Source: Mustelus asterias
Lineage: Eukaryota
Reading direction: 5' to 3'
DNA length: 64,000 nucleotides
Assembly (NCBI RefSeq): GCF_964213995.1
Contig: NC_135808.1
Coordinates: 25,172,001-25,236,000, forward strand
In this document: piece by piece, positions 11,976 through 24,400 of the stretch
How positions within the stretch are numbered: the stretch's first letter is position 1
How the letters are laid out: every line of letters starts with the position of its first letter
The notes under the pieces: generated by a model
Database searches by the model: none
The model's input: only the letters and a program-made list of their open reading frames with translations
Told to the model about the DNA's origin: nothing
Program-made: the position numbers and the translations under genes

Positions 11976-13096
11976 TTGCCATCATGCCAGAGTGTTGTTT
12001 CAGAAGTTCCAGCCCTGATAATTAGGTACCGGTAGAGAAAACGCACATTTATGGGATGAAACAATTTCATGAGTGACAAATGAAGCAGACTTTTCCTTTC
12101 CAGAATCTGTTTGTTTGTCATTCAACTAAGTAAAGAAGCTCGGGAGATGGTGGCGAAGTGCCATTGTCACTGGACTAGTAATCCTGAGACTCCGGACAAC
12201 TCTCTGGGAACAGGGTCCTAATCTTACTACAGAAAAAGATGCAACTAATATTTAATAAACAGCCTGGAATCACGATTAAACCATTGTTGATCATCATCAA
12301 AACCCACCTCAAGTGCTAATGTCCATTGAGGGAAGATAATTATCTGCTCTTAGGTGGTCTGAGATATAAGTGACTCCAGGCCCAGGCAGAGACTCTCACA
12401 TCCCATGAATGAATTGGGAAACAAAAAGATTTTACTTGTTCCAGTAAAAGGGGCTGAGTGTTACAAATACTATAGACAATAAGACGATAAAGAGAAAGGG
12501 ATCGACTAGAAAGGAATTGACAGGATTCACTTAGCTACTCCCTTGACTGTATTAATCTGCATCAATTATCGAAATATAACTGTCACAATGTTATCTTCAG
12601 CAGAAAGTGATTAATATTAAATTAAAGTGATCACCAAATGGAAAGTAGTGCTTGTGTGAAGTAACAAGATCAAATATAACAGGAAGTGACCTCGATTATT
12701 GAAACTTGATCATGATTCATTAGAGCAAAATGATTCAGCGTTTATCTGTTGTCTGCCTGCACACATATAAGTTTCTATTTCATGGCATTTTTATCTCTAT
12801 CTATAGCAATCGGATTCCTGATTGATAATCTGTGTTGGAAACTCAGAAATTAAATTAATTTTAGGAAAAATAAATCAGGTAGCAGAAATGATCGCAGTGA
12901 GGGTGTGTCACTCATTGTCATCAGGATTAAAGGATTGGTTTATAGTAATCCAACAAAGTGAAATTAAAACAGCATGACAGAACAAAATAAGATCATTGAC
13001 TAAATGTAATCGCTGGAACTGCTGATTTTAAATGATGAGTCAGTGATGCACTTGAAATACATTTTGTCGAACTAAAACCACGATATTGAGACTTAC

Positions 13097-13199
13097 GTGG
13101 AACACCAATAGCAGCAAGGAGACGGTAGTAAATCTTTTCTAAGTCATTAATGAAATGAATTATCTTCAATTGGTCCATTCCCGTGGAGCTACTGATCAT
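13097..13199 (-). CDS. GPR139-like orphan GPCR copy A, coding exon 1
   Basis: 103 nt encoding MISSSTGMDQLKIIHFINDLEKIYYRLLAAIGVP plus 1 nt, followed by a consensus donor C|GTAAGT (13091-13096). The phase-1 join to exon 2 restores TM1 (GVPLNVVTMVIL). The second Met is an alternative start. Confidence 0.88.
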
Positions 13200-13385
13200 T
13201 GTTCATGTCAAAGGAGATGTTCCCGCTCACATTGAAAGGTGTCTCTCATTAATAGCAGAGTGGAGCCCTCAAGAGACATAGATCAGCTCCATGGAGACTG
13301 GTATTAATTACAGTCACGGAACAGACAGGTTCAGTTAACCATTTACAATCGAATGTCTTTATCATCACAGCATATACTTCATCAT
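13200..13385 (-). promoter_or_regulatory. Candidate 5'UTR/proximal promoter of GPR139-like A, conserved with 45582-45785 of copy B
   Basis: Colinear non-repeat homology with shared TATTAAT, TCCATGGAG, TTAACC and CAGCATATACTT motifs. Confidence 0.5.
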
Positions 13386-13484
13386 GTATGAATCATGTGC
13401 CACCCATAACCCAAAATGGCCACCATACTCCGAGGTTAAACTGATTCCATACACAAATACAACCTCCTCTCTCTTGGCCATCTG

Positions 13485-16400
13485 AACAAAGAACAAAAGA
13501 ACAAAGAACAATACAGCACAGGAACAGGCCCTTCGACCCTCCAAGTCTGCGCCGCTCATGTGCCCAACTAGACCATTCTTTTGTATCCCTCTATTTCCAG
13601 TCTGTTCATGTGGTTATCTAGATAAGTCTTAAACGATCCCAGCGTGCCCGCCTCAATCACCTTGCTTGGCAGTGCATTCCAGGCCCCCACCACCCTCAGT
13701 GTAAAATACGTCCCCCTGACATCTGTGTTGAACCTTGCCCCCCTCACCTTGAACCCGTAACCCCTTGTGTTCATCACCTCCGACCTGGGAAAAAGCTTCC
13801 CACTGTTCACTCTATCTATGTCCTTCATAATTTTATACACCTCTATTAGGTCACCCCTCATCCTCCGTCTTTCCAGGGAAAACAACCCCAGTTTACCCAA
13901 TCTCTCCTCATAGCGAAGACCCTCCATACCAGGCAACATCCTGGTAAACCTTCTCTGTACTCTCTCCAAAGCCTCCACGTCCTTCTGGTAGCGTGGCGAC
14001 CAGAACTGGATGCAGTATTCCAAATGTGGCCTAACCATCGTTCTATACAGCTGCAACATCATATGCCAACTTTTATATTCTATCCCCTGTCCAATAAAGG
14101 CAAGCATGCCACATATCTTCTTCACCACCCTCTCCACCTGTGCTGCCATCTTTAAGGATCTGTGGACTTGTACACCCAGGTGCCTCTGTGTGTTTATACT
14201 CCTGATGGTTCTGCCATTTATTGTATAGCTCCCTCTTACACTAGATCTACCAAACTGCATCACTTCGCATTTATCTGGATTAAATTCCATCTGCTATTTC
14301 TCCACCCAATGTTCCAGCCTATCTACATGCTGCTGTATTCTCTGACAATGTTCCTCACTATCCGCAACTCCAGCAATCTTCGTGTCATCCGCAAATGTAC
14401 TGATCACACCAGCTACATCTTCCTCCAAATCATTTATATATATATATATATATCACAAACAGCAGAGGTCCCAGAACAGAGCCCTGCAGAACACCACTGG
14501 TCACAGACCTCCAGCCGGAAAAAAGACCCCTCCACTGCTACCGTCTGTCTTCGATGGCTAAGCCAGTTCTCCACCCATCTAGCGAGCTCACCTTTTATCC
14601 TGTGAGATTTAAACTTTTGCACCAGCCTGCCATGAGGGACCTTGTCAAACGCTTTACTAAAATCCATATAGATGACATCCACGGCCCTTCCCTCGTCAAT
14701 CGTTTTAGTCACCTCCTCAAAAAACTCAACCAAATTTGTGAGGCATGACCTCCCTCGTACAAAACCATGCTGTCTATCGCTAATGAGATTATTCAGTTCT
14801 AAATGCGCATATATCCTATCTCTAAGAAGCTTCTCCAACAACTTCCCTATGACAGACGTCAAGCTCACCGGCCTATAATTACCCATGTTATCCTTGCTAC
14901 CCTTCTTAAATAACGGGACCACATTTGCTGTCCTCCAATCCTCTGGGACCTCACCTGTGTCCAGTGAAGAGACAAAGATTTCTGTTAGAGGCCCAGCAAT
15001 TGCATCTCTCGCCTCCCTGAGGAGTCTCGGAAAGAAGTCCTTGGCCCTGGGGATTTGTCGGTCTTAATGCTTCCGTAAAAACCTAACACTTCCTCCCTTG
15101 TAATTGAGATTTTTTCTAACGGGTCAACACATCTCTCTAAGACACTACCAGTCAACATGTCCCTCTCCTTTGTGAATACTGATGAAAAGTATTCGTTTAG
15201 GATCTCACCTACTTCCTTCGGTTCCAAGCATAATTCTCCTTCTTTGTCCCTGGGAGGTCCAATTCTTTCCCTAACAACCCTCTTGTTCCTAACGTATGCC
15301 TTAGGATTCTCCTTAATCCTGTGTGCCAAGGACATTTCGTGACCCCTTTTTGCCCATCTAAGTCCCTGTTTGAGTTCTTTTCTACTTTCTCTGTATTCCT
15401 CCAGTGCTCCATCTGTTTTTAGCTCCCTGGACCTCAGGTATACCTCTTTTTTCTTTTTGATTAGACCCACAATTTAACTGGTTATCCACGGCTCCTGAAT
15501 CCTACCTTTCCTATCCTTCCTCTTTACAGGCACATGCCTGTCCTGCAGACCTATCAACTGCTCCTTAAAAAACTCCCACATGCCAAATGTGGATTTACCC
15601 TCGAACAGCCTCTCCCAATCAACAGCCACCAAATCCTGCCTAAACCGGCTGTAGTTAGCCTTCCCCCAATTCAGCACCTTACCCATAGGACAATATTCAG
15701 CTTTTCCCATTACTGTCCTGAAGTTCACAGAATTGTGTTCACTATTTGCCACATATTCCCCCACTGCAACATTGATGAGCTGACCGGGCTCATTCCCCAG
15801 TACTAGGTCCAGTATAGCCGTCTCTCCAGTTGGACTGTCAACATATTGTTCCAAAGAACCTTCCTGTACGCATTTTATAAATTCTTCCCCGTCCAGGCCC
15901 CCAGCCCTAAGCGATTTCCAGCCTATGTGAGGGAAATTAAAGTCTCCCACTCCAACAACACTATTTCTTCTGCATCTGTACAGAATCTCCTTACATAAGC
16001 GTTCCTCAACGCCCCGTGGGCTGTTGGGAGGCCTGTAGTATACCCCGAGCATAGTGACTGCGCCCTTCCTGTTTCTGAGCTCCACCCAGAGTGACTCGTT
16101 ACCTGACCCTTCCATATTGTCCAGCCTCTGTACCGCTGTAATATGCTCCCTAACCAGCATTGCTACTCCCCCATTTCTCCTAGCCCCTCCTCTGTCTCGC
16201 CTAAAACACTTGTACCCCGGAATATTCAGCTGGCAGTCCTGTCCTTCTTTTAACCAAGTCTGCGTCACTGCAACCACATCCAAGTTCCGCACAAGCATTA
16301 AGGCTCTAAACTCATCTGCCTTGCCCGTGACGCCCTTTGCATTGAAGCAGATGCATTCCAGACCTCCAGGCCCACTGAAGTCTTCTTCCCCCACAATGTC

Positions 16401-17640
16401 CTTCCTCTTAGATAGCCTTGTCTTGGCCCCAACCTCGTCCCCAGCCTCTTTGCTTATTGACCTATTGTTTTGATCCCCACCCCCCGCCACATTAGTTTAA
16501 ACCCACCCGAACCACACTAGCAAAACTCCCAGCTAGGATATTTGTACCCCTCCAGTTTAGGTGCAACCCATCTTTCTTGTACAGGTGCCAACCTCTCTTG
16601 AAGACTTCCCAGTGATCTACGAAATCAAAACCCTCCCTCCTGCACCAGTCCTTTAGCCACATGTTCAGCCGTGCAGTCTCCCTGTTCCTAGCCTCACTAC
16701 CTTGTGGTACTGGGAGTAGTCCTGAGATCGCTACCCTCGAGGCCCTGCTTTTTAGCCTACTACCCAACTCCCTGAATTGCTCTCGCAGGACCTCCCTGCT
16801 TTTTCTGCCTACGTCATTTGCACCAATGTGGACAATGACGTCTGTCTGGTTACCCGCCTTTTTTAGGATGCTTCCTACCCACTCAGAGACATCCAGGACC
16901 CAGCACCAGAGAGGCAGACTACCATCCTGGAGTCTCGTTCACGCCCACAGAACCACCTGTCTGTGCCTCTAACCATTTCATCACCCACTACTATTGCTCT
17001 CCTGGTTCCCCTCTTTCCCTTCTGAGCCACAGAGCCCGATTCCGTGCCAGTGACCTGGTAATCGTGGCTTACCCCTGGAGGGTCATCCCCCCCCTCACAG
17101 TATCCAAAACGGTATACTTATTTTGGAGGGGGACAACCACAGGGGATCCCATCACTGACTGCTCTCTCCCCTCCTCTCTCCCGTCTGACATCCATCCCTT
17201 ACTGTTAAGGGGGACAACCACCGGGGTACTCTCTGGTACGTGACCTTTACCCTTCCTAACCGCAACCCACGTGTCTTCCTCTCCTGGCCCTGGTGTGACG
17301 ACCTGCCTGTAACTTCTATCTATTAACTTCTCATTTTCCCTGACTAGACTAACTTCATCGAGCCGCAGCTCCAGTTCCTTAACACGGTCTCTGTGAAGCT
17401 GCAGTTCGACGCACCTGGCGCAGATATGGACTTCCGGGAGGCTAGGCGTCTCCATGAACTCCCACATTCAACACCGACAGCAATAAAATGGCCTCCCACT
17501 CATAATTACCCGTTTCTTTAAATTACTGGATGAACGAAGAACAGTACCTACCCTGCCTCTGCCTGTTTATGCCGAAGCCCGATGAGCCAATGCCCTTTAG
17601 CCCTCACTCTGCTCCCTGCCCACTCCGCTGCCCGCTGCTG
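13485..17640 (-). mobile_element. Near-full-length CR1 LINE (ORF1 zinc finger + SGNH esterase; ORF2 APE endonuclease + RT), inactivated
   Basis: ORF1 HICARCVELQL and DGLHLN; endonuclease GVYYRPPN/GDFNFP; RT NYRPVSLTS, QHGFVRGRSCLTNL and DFSKAFDKV. Several frameshifts and an (AT)n expansion at about 14434-14452. Confidence 0.95.
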
Positions 17641-17659
17641 TGTGAGATCCCGGTTTTGC

Positions 17660-18590
17660 TCCTTGGCTCTCAACCTTCTGTTAAAAATTGTTTGGTTTCT
17701 TTCACTTTAATCTGTGCCACATTTGGTGCAGAAGAAGACAGGTTGAGAAGGTATATGATTGCCTGCCCTCCATATCCTCTTGCCCCTCATCTCAGCCAGG
17801 TGAATCTTTTATTTTTGATCATATGGCCCTCCAAACTATTAGTCTCCAGAGAACATGACAGCTGTCCTTGTAGTGGAGGTTTGAATGTTTAACAGGTCCA
17901 GACAAAATGGAGCAACAATGTCCAAAAAAAAAATATTCTGGATGCATAGCGGTATCCATAGTTTATGACAGATATCAGAGGCTCTGAAAACCTCATGAAA
18001 TTCGAGATGGATGTGTTTAGTCCATTTCTGAATTCGGGAAAACGTAACCAAGGCAATTATATTTCCTGCCTTTTTCGGCAAGAATGTGCTTTGATCCATT
18101 TTCAATCATCACAATTATCTGTGTTCTTATAGCGGGTCACCGTCTTTGCATCAGCCATACATTGAGGTGCTGCCTTCACCAAAGAGAGACATTTCATGAT
18201 GCTGCCGGGGTTTGTATTCCTTTCCTGATGTGGTCAAGCAGCATGGAAACATCAACTGGAACTTTGGCAATGGAAAACGAGCCTTTGCTATGCTCCTAAA
18301 CTGTTTTGAGAGTTTGGTGCTTCATGATGTACAGAGTTCCTTGTCACTGTGTTATCCCCAGAGTGCCATTAAAGGCAATGTCTCACCTATCTCATCAACT
18401 GTTTATTGGATTTGGTGATGACGTTCACTTCCTTTGTATTCAGTGGGCTTTTCCTTTGATGATATAACTGCCGGCTTTTTGATCAGCTCATAGAGCCACG
18501 ACTGTTCACGGTGTTGAATGGCATTTGGATATTCTGGCCAAGTTCGAATTGGCTGCAGCGTTGAGCAGTGCATTGGACTTTTCTTGGACA
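17660..18590 (-). mobile_element. Ancient RTE-clade LINE fragment
   Basis: Minus-strand translation includes DAKTVTRYKNTDNCDD, resembling the RTE motif DAKIVTLYKNKGDRSDC. Heavily decayed. Confidence 0.5.
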
Positions 18591-19586
18591 AACTGTGAAT
18601 GCAGTCAGTCTAATTGCATGATTCAGACGTTTTAATGAATGACAGCAGGTTACATAGCATCAAAGACACCCCAAAATGCAAAACCAGGTCTCCTTGTTAC
18701 ACCACACCCCAAAGCAAACTGTCCACCAGCTTAGACTATCGGCATACAATGAGAGACTATGGAAAAACTAAAATGTTACCATTCTTTAAAAGGAAGGAAG
18801 TGATATTACGAACATTTACAGGACTGATTTAGTAATCCCAATGGTGGAAAAATATGGGAACTAATTCTGTGAGATTGTGCAAGTTGTCAATTAGAGCGGC
18901 ATGGATTGATAAGGACAGTTGGAGTGAATTTGTCAAGAGGACTTTGGGCCTAGAAACAGGGGCACTGGAGTAGATCATTCAAACCTCTGCCTGCCTAACT
19001 CAAGTCAAAATTTGAAGAGATAATATAAAGGATAGCACACTCGATGCAGAATCACTTGTCTGTTCCACGGTCTTTGACAATGTCCCCCTTATTAGACCAA
19101 TCATGAAGAAGTAATAACTCCTGGGATCCAAGAGAAAGTTGAAAGCTGGATCTAAAAGAGGTTTAATGCAGAAAATGAGGAATTATTGCCACCCATCAGG
19201 TTGTTTCCAGTCGGGTTACAGTGGGCTTCGTAATGGATTATTGCTCTTGTGGTATTTATCAATAGTGTTGACTTGAACTTAGGTTGCTCAATTAAGAAGG
19301 TTGTGGATGATGCGACAATTGACCCTACAGTTGTTTTGACAGTTTTATAACCAATCTCCTGGCGAGTTCCACTCATTTTTTACCCTCCACCCCTCTGTGG
19401 GAAATATACGACACACAACTCAAAATTGTTACTTTACCCATGGGGTACCCCCAAGTTGTTATGCTCCTGGATGGGAAGAGATAAACTGGTTCCCTTTCAT
19501 TATTTTACTTTTTTGTTCGTCATAACCCGCTTACTTCAAGTACTCTTTCCCTTGTGAATACCCTCTCTCAGTACCATTGCATTTAT

Positions 19587-19635
19587 AAATTTAACCAGAA
19601 TTTAACCAGAATTAACCAGAATTTAACCAGAATTT
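19587..19635. repeat. Short minisatellite (TTTAACCAGAA)x4
   Basis: Directly visible tandem 10-11-bp units. Confidence 0.85.
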
Positions 19636-20509
19636 CGTAGGTTAAAATAGAGTTTACTAACTCCTAAACATGAGGAAAATAATCAACAAATATGTGCACA
19701 TACACCAGCACACTTTAGAGATGAGAAATGAGTCAAAATAAGTTGACAGAATCTACGAATTGGCCTTTTAGGGATGAGTAGAGTGTGAAACATTGCAGCT
19801 ATTTGAGTTAGTGATTCTCGCAGCGCTGACTTCCAGTGTTCAATAGTTGATATTGAGGTTCCTGGGTTCAACAATTTAATTGAGAAGCTTTGTCCTTCAT
19901 CCTTTCCTGTTGCAGCTTTACTGACTTGCCTTGCTTCAAACAATCAGAGCGAGCGAGCAAGGGAGGGAATGAGAGAGAGAGGGACAGAGAGGCATGTATT
20001 GTACCTGCCAAAGCAAGGGTGACTTCTGTCATCTTTCTGTTCCTCTGTGTCACACATTTTGTCACACTCTGACCAAGTTTGCAGCTAGGTTTTTCCAGTC
20101 TCCTATGTGTTACTGGAAAAGCAGAAAACCCATACCAGGTCGGGTACCCGAATGGCAGGACGTTATTCCTGCTGAGATTATATAACCAGATTCCATTATC
20201 TTCACAGGAGATTATGATTCGTTGCTTTGTGCCTTTGATCTGTCCCTCTCCGGAAATATGAATTGATATTCAATTTCCTCTTGGACTGTTGCATTGTCCA
20301 CGCAGGAAATGATCAGATCGTCACTGAATTTACATTCTCAGAATTTGCATGCATTGCCACCTTTGGCTTGTACGTCTAATTTTATGTTAAACATGTGTCA
20401 TTTGAAAGTTCAACATGTCTATACATAATTCACGGTTCCCAGCACCGTGGCAGTAGGAAAGCTGTGGACAGCAGGAAGGGATTAGGGGACAGGTCTTGTT
20501 AGCAAAAAA

Positions 20510-21165
20510 AAATTATTCCGTTTCAATCTGCCGAAGTTCAAGGTAATGCATTTTGGTAAAAAAAATAAAGCCAGAGAATACATATATAATTGTGTTTGTT
20601 TTAGGAATATAGAGAGACAGAGGAACTTTGTAATGTATATTCATAAATCTCTGAAGGTAGCAGAACTGATTGACAAGGGCCATGACGGCATACAGGACAC
20701 CATCCATTGTGAAAAAATGGCCTGGAGCAGGCAAGTAATGCTATAACTGTTTATGGGACACATTGAGAGACAGCAAGATAACTGCACAACTAGAAATGTT
20801 CGTGTAACAATACGAAAGGGTGTGATCATACTCTGGAGGACATGAAGGAGATTGATGAATTGAGGAAAGTTTATTTTATCCCTTTGCCTTGGGGTAGGCC
20901 TGTGTTATTTTCTTTGGAGCTGATGAATCTCGATTGTAGACTTTCTTGATATGTAAAAACAATATTTGGGGCTATGTTGAATCGGAGAGGAATGGCTCAT
21001 TTTGCATTCGGGGAAATAAGCGTGGGAAACATTTAAAATAGTTTCTCGATAGTTTCTTTCGCCCAGAAGGTGGTAGGGCGTTAGGACTCAGTGAATGAAA
21101 TTGTGATAAAGATGCAGACACTCGTTGCGTTCGAAAGTACATAGATAGGCACATTAGGCTTAATA
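20510..21165 (+). mobile_element. Highly degenerate CR1 3' fragment
   Basis: VMHFGKKNKAREY and remnants of the CR1 C-terminal sequence. Confidence 0.55.
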
Positions 21166-21169
21166 ACAT

Positions 21170-21420
21170 GGGGGCAAAGTGGTTAGCACTACTGTTTCAC
21201 AGCGCCAGGGGTCCTGTTCGATTCCCAGGTTGGTTCACTGTCTGTGTGGAGTTTGCACATTCTCCCCATGACTGCGTGGGTTTTCTCCCACATTCTGAAA
21301 GACATGCTGGTTAGGTGCATTTACCCGAAAAGATGTCAGACTGTGGCGACTGGGAGAATTTCACAGTAACTTCATTGCAGTGTTAATGTAAGCCTTACTT
21401 GCGATTAATAAATAAAATAA
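21170..21420 (+). mobile_element. V-type SINE (L2-like tail variant)
   Basis: GTGGTTAGCACTACTGTTTCACAGCGCCAGG...TTTCACAGTAACTTCATTGCAGTGTTAATGTAAGCC...AATAAATAAA. Confidence 0.8.
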
Positions 21421-21474
21421 CCTACAGGGATGCACATCAAAATTCAGAATGAACTTGGAAGATTCATATTACAT

Positions 21475-24400
21475 AGAAACATACATGGAAAATAAAAGCA
21501 TGAGTTGGCCATTCGGCCCTTTGAGCCTGCTCTGCCATTCATTATGATCGTGGTTGATCATCAAATTAAATACCCTGATCCCGCGTTCCCTCCATGTCCC
21601 TTGATCCATTTAGCCCCAAGAGTTATATTTCATTACTTCTTGAAATCACACAACGTTTTAGCATCACATTCATTCCGTGGTTGTGAGTTCCACACATTCG
21701 TCAGCCTCTGGGTGAAGACATTTTTCTGCACCTCAGTTAAACATTGAAAGCTTTTCACCATTCTGGAAGGATTCTACGTTCTAGAGGGATTACCCCCTGT
21801 CCTCAAACTGTGACCCCTAGTTCTGGCCTCCCCCACCTTCGGGAACATTCTTTCTGAATCTACCCTATCGAAACCTGCTAGAATTTTGTACGTTTCAGTA
21901 AGATTACCTCTCACTCTTCTGAACTCCAATGAATATAATCCAAACCGACTTAACCTCTCCTCATATGGCATTCCTGCCATCCCAAGAAGCAGCCTGGTAA
22001 ACCTTCAATGCACTCCTTCTGTAGCAAGAACATTCTTACTCAGATAAGGACACCCAAACTGTAAACAAAATACTCCAGGTGTCACCTCACCAGTAAAATT
22101 GTAGTAAAATATCCCTATTTCTGTATTCAAATCCTCTCGCTATGAAGGCCAACGTGCTATTTCCGTTCTTTATTCCCTGCTGTACCTGCACGCACACATT
22201 CAGTGAATGATGCACGAGGTTTTACCACGTATTCATCTTTTTTCATTCAAATAATAATCTACCATCCTGTCTCTGCTACTAAAGGCGACAACCTCACATT
22301 TATCCAAACGACCCGCTATCCCATTTGCTTTATCATTAGATAGTAAACTGCTATGTCAGACAATTTAAAAAGTATTCTGAAAATCTAAATAAACCACCTC
22401 TCTCTGGTCAACTCGATTATTTACATCCTGAAAGAATTCCAGTAGAATTTTCAAGCATGATTTCCCTTTCATAAATCCACACTGACTGTGTCGATTATAC
22501 CACTGCTTTCCACAACTGCTATGAAATCCTTGATAATGAACTCTAACGCCTTCCTTACTACCGATGTTAGGCTCACTGGTCTACACAAAGGAAGATATTA
22601 ATAACACAAAAAACGGGTGGAACTTGAATCACAGGGGGACCAATATCCTGGCCGGTAGGTTGGCTAAGGCTACTGGGGAGAATTTAAACTAGATAGGTTG
22701 GGGGGAGGGGAGCTAGAAGAGTTGACTGGATCAAGGAACTAATTGATGGGGGGGAGGATGCAGGGGTAAGGGGAATTACAAAATTAATGGTAGAGGAGAG
22801 GGTGCAAGTGAATGAAGGCGGTAATTTAGATAAGGGAGTAGAGGGAGAGGGTGTTCGTGACTCATCAAAGCGGGTCCAGATAAAAGCTGGAATAAGGACA
22901 CTTTGCCTGAATGCACGAAGCATTCGGAACAAGGTAAATGAGTTGATGGTGCAAATCAGCACAAGTGGGTACGATCTAGTGGCCATTACAGAAACGTGGC
23001 TGAAAGGTGACCAGGACTGGGAGATGAATATCCAGGGGTATCAGGCGTTTAGGAAGAATAGACAGGAAGGAAAAGGTGGTGGGGTCGCGCTATCAATAAG
23101 AGATAATATCAGGGTAGTACTGAGGGATGACATAGGCTCTGAGGAACAAAACGTGGAATCATTATGGGTAGAGATGAGGAATAGTAGAGGGAGAAAGACA
23201 CTAGTAGGTGTGGTATATAGGCCCCCAAATAATAATGTTGAGGTAGGGAGGGCTATAAACAAGCAGATAAGGGATGCGTGTAAAAACGGAACGGCAATAA
23301 TCATGGGGGACTTCAACATGCACATTGACTGGCAGACTCAAGTCGGTAAGGTTGGAATGGAGGAAGAGTTCGTAGAATGCTGTCGGGATAGTTGCCTTGA
23401 ACAGCATGTTACGGAACCGACGAGGGAACGAGCTATTTTGGATCTGCTATTGTGTAACGAGGTAGGTAGAATTAAGGATCTTATTGTGAAGGACCCTCTT
23501 GGGTCTAGTGACCACAATATGGTCGAATTTCTGATTCAGATGGAAGAGGAGAAAGTTTGGTCCCAAACCAGTGTCCTCTGTTTGAACAGAGGGAAATATG
23601 ATAGGATGAATTGGCTAAGGTAGGCTGGGAGAGCAGGCTGGCAGGTAGGATAGCTGAGGAACAGTGGAGGATTTTTAAGGAGATCCTTTTCAGTTCTCAG
23701 CAAAAATATATTCCAGCAAAAAACAAGGATTGTAAGAAAAGGGAGAACCAGCCGTGGATAACGAAGGAAATAAAGGAGAGTATTAAAATAAAAACAGCTG
23801 CGTACAGAGTGGCCAAAAATAGTGGAGAAACAAGTGATTGGGAAAAATTTAAGAAACAACAAAGAGAGACTAAGAAAGCGATAAAGAAAGGAAGGATAGA
23901 CTATGAAGCTCGGCTAGCAATTAATATAAAAAATGATAGTAAAAGTTTTTATAAATATATAAAAAGGAATAGAGTGGCTAGAGTGAATGTTGGACCCTTG
24001 GAGGACGAGAGGGGGGAGTTAATAATGGGAAATGAGGATATGGCTGAGTCTTTAAATAAGTTTTTTGTGTCGGTCTTCACGGTGGAGGACACAAATAGTT
24101 TACCAAATATTAACGATAGAGGGTTGGCAGCAGGAGAAATACTTAATACAATTAATGTTACCAGAGAGGCAGTGCTGGGTAGACTAATGGGACTGCAGGT
24201 GGACAAGTCCCCGGGTCCGGATGGAATGCATCCCAGGGTATTGAAAGAAATGTCAGAGGTAATAGTGGATGCGTTAGTGATTATTTATCAAAACTCGTTG
24301 CATTCTGGGGTAGTGCCGGTTGATTGGAAAACGGCTAATGTTACGCCGCTGTTTAAAAAAGGAAGGAGACAAAAGGCGAGTAACTATAGGCCGGTCAGCT

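Noticed and set aside
19587-19635. Short direct repeats as a CRISPR-like array
   Set aside because: No spacers and a eukaryotic context; a simple minisatellite.
20438-20475. RE1/NRSE-like half sites (CCAGCACCGTGGCAG; GTGGACAGC)
   Set aside because: Imperfect match and spacing, and not seen at a homologous position in the other units.
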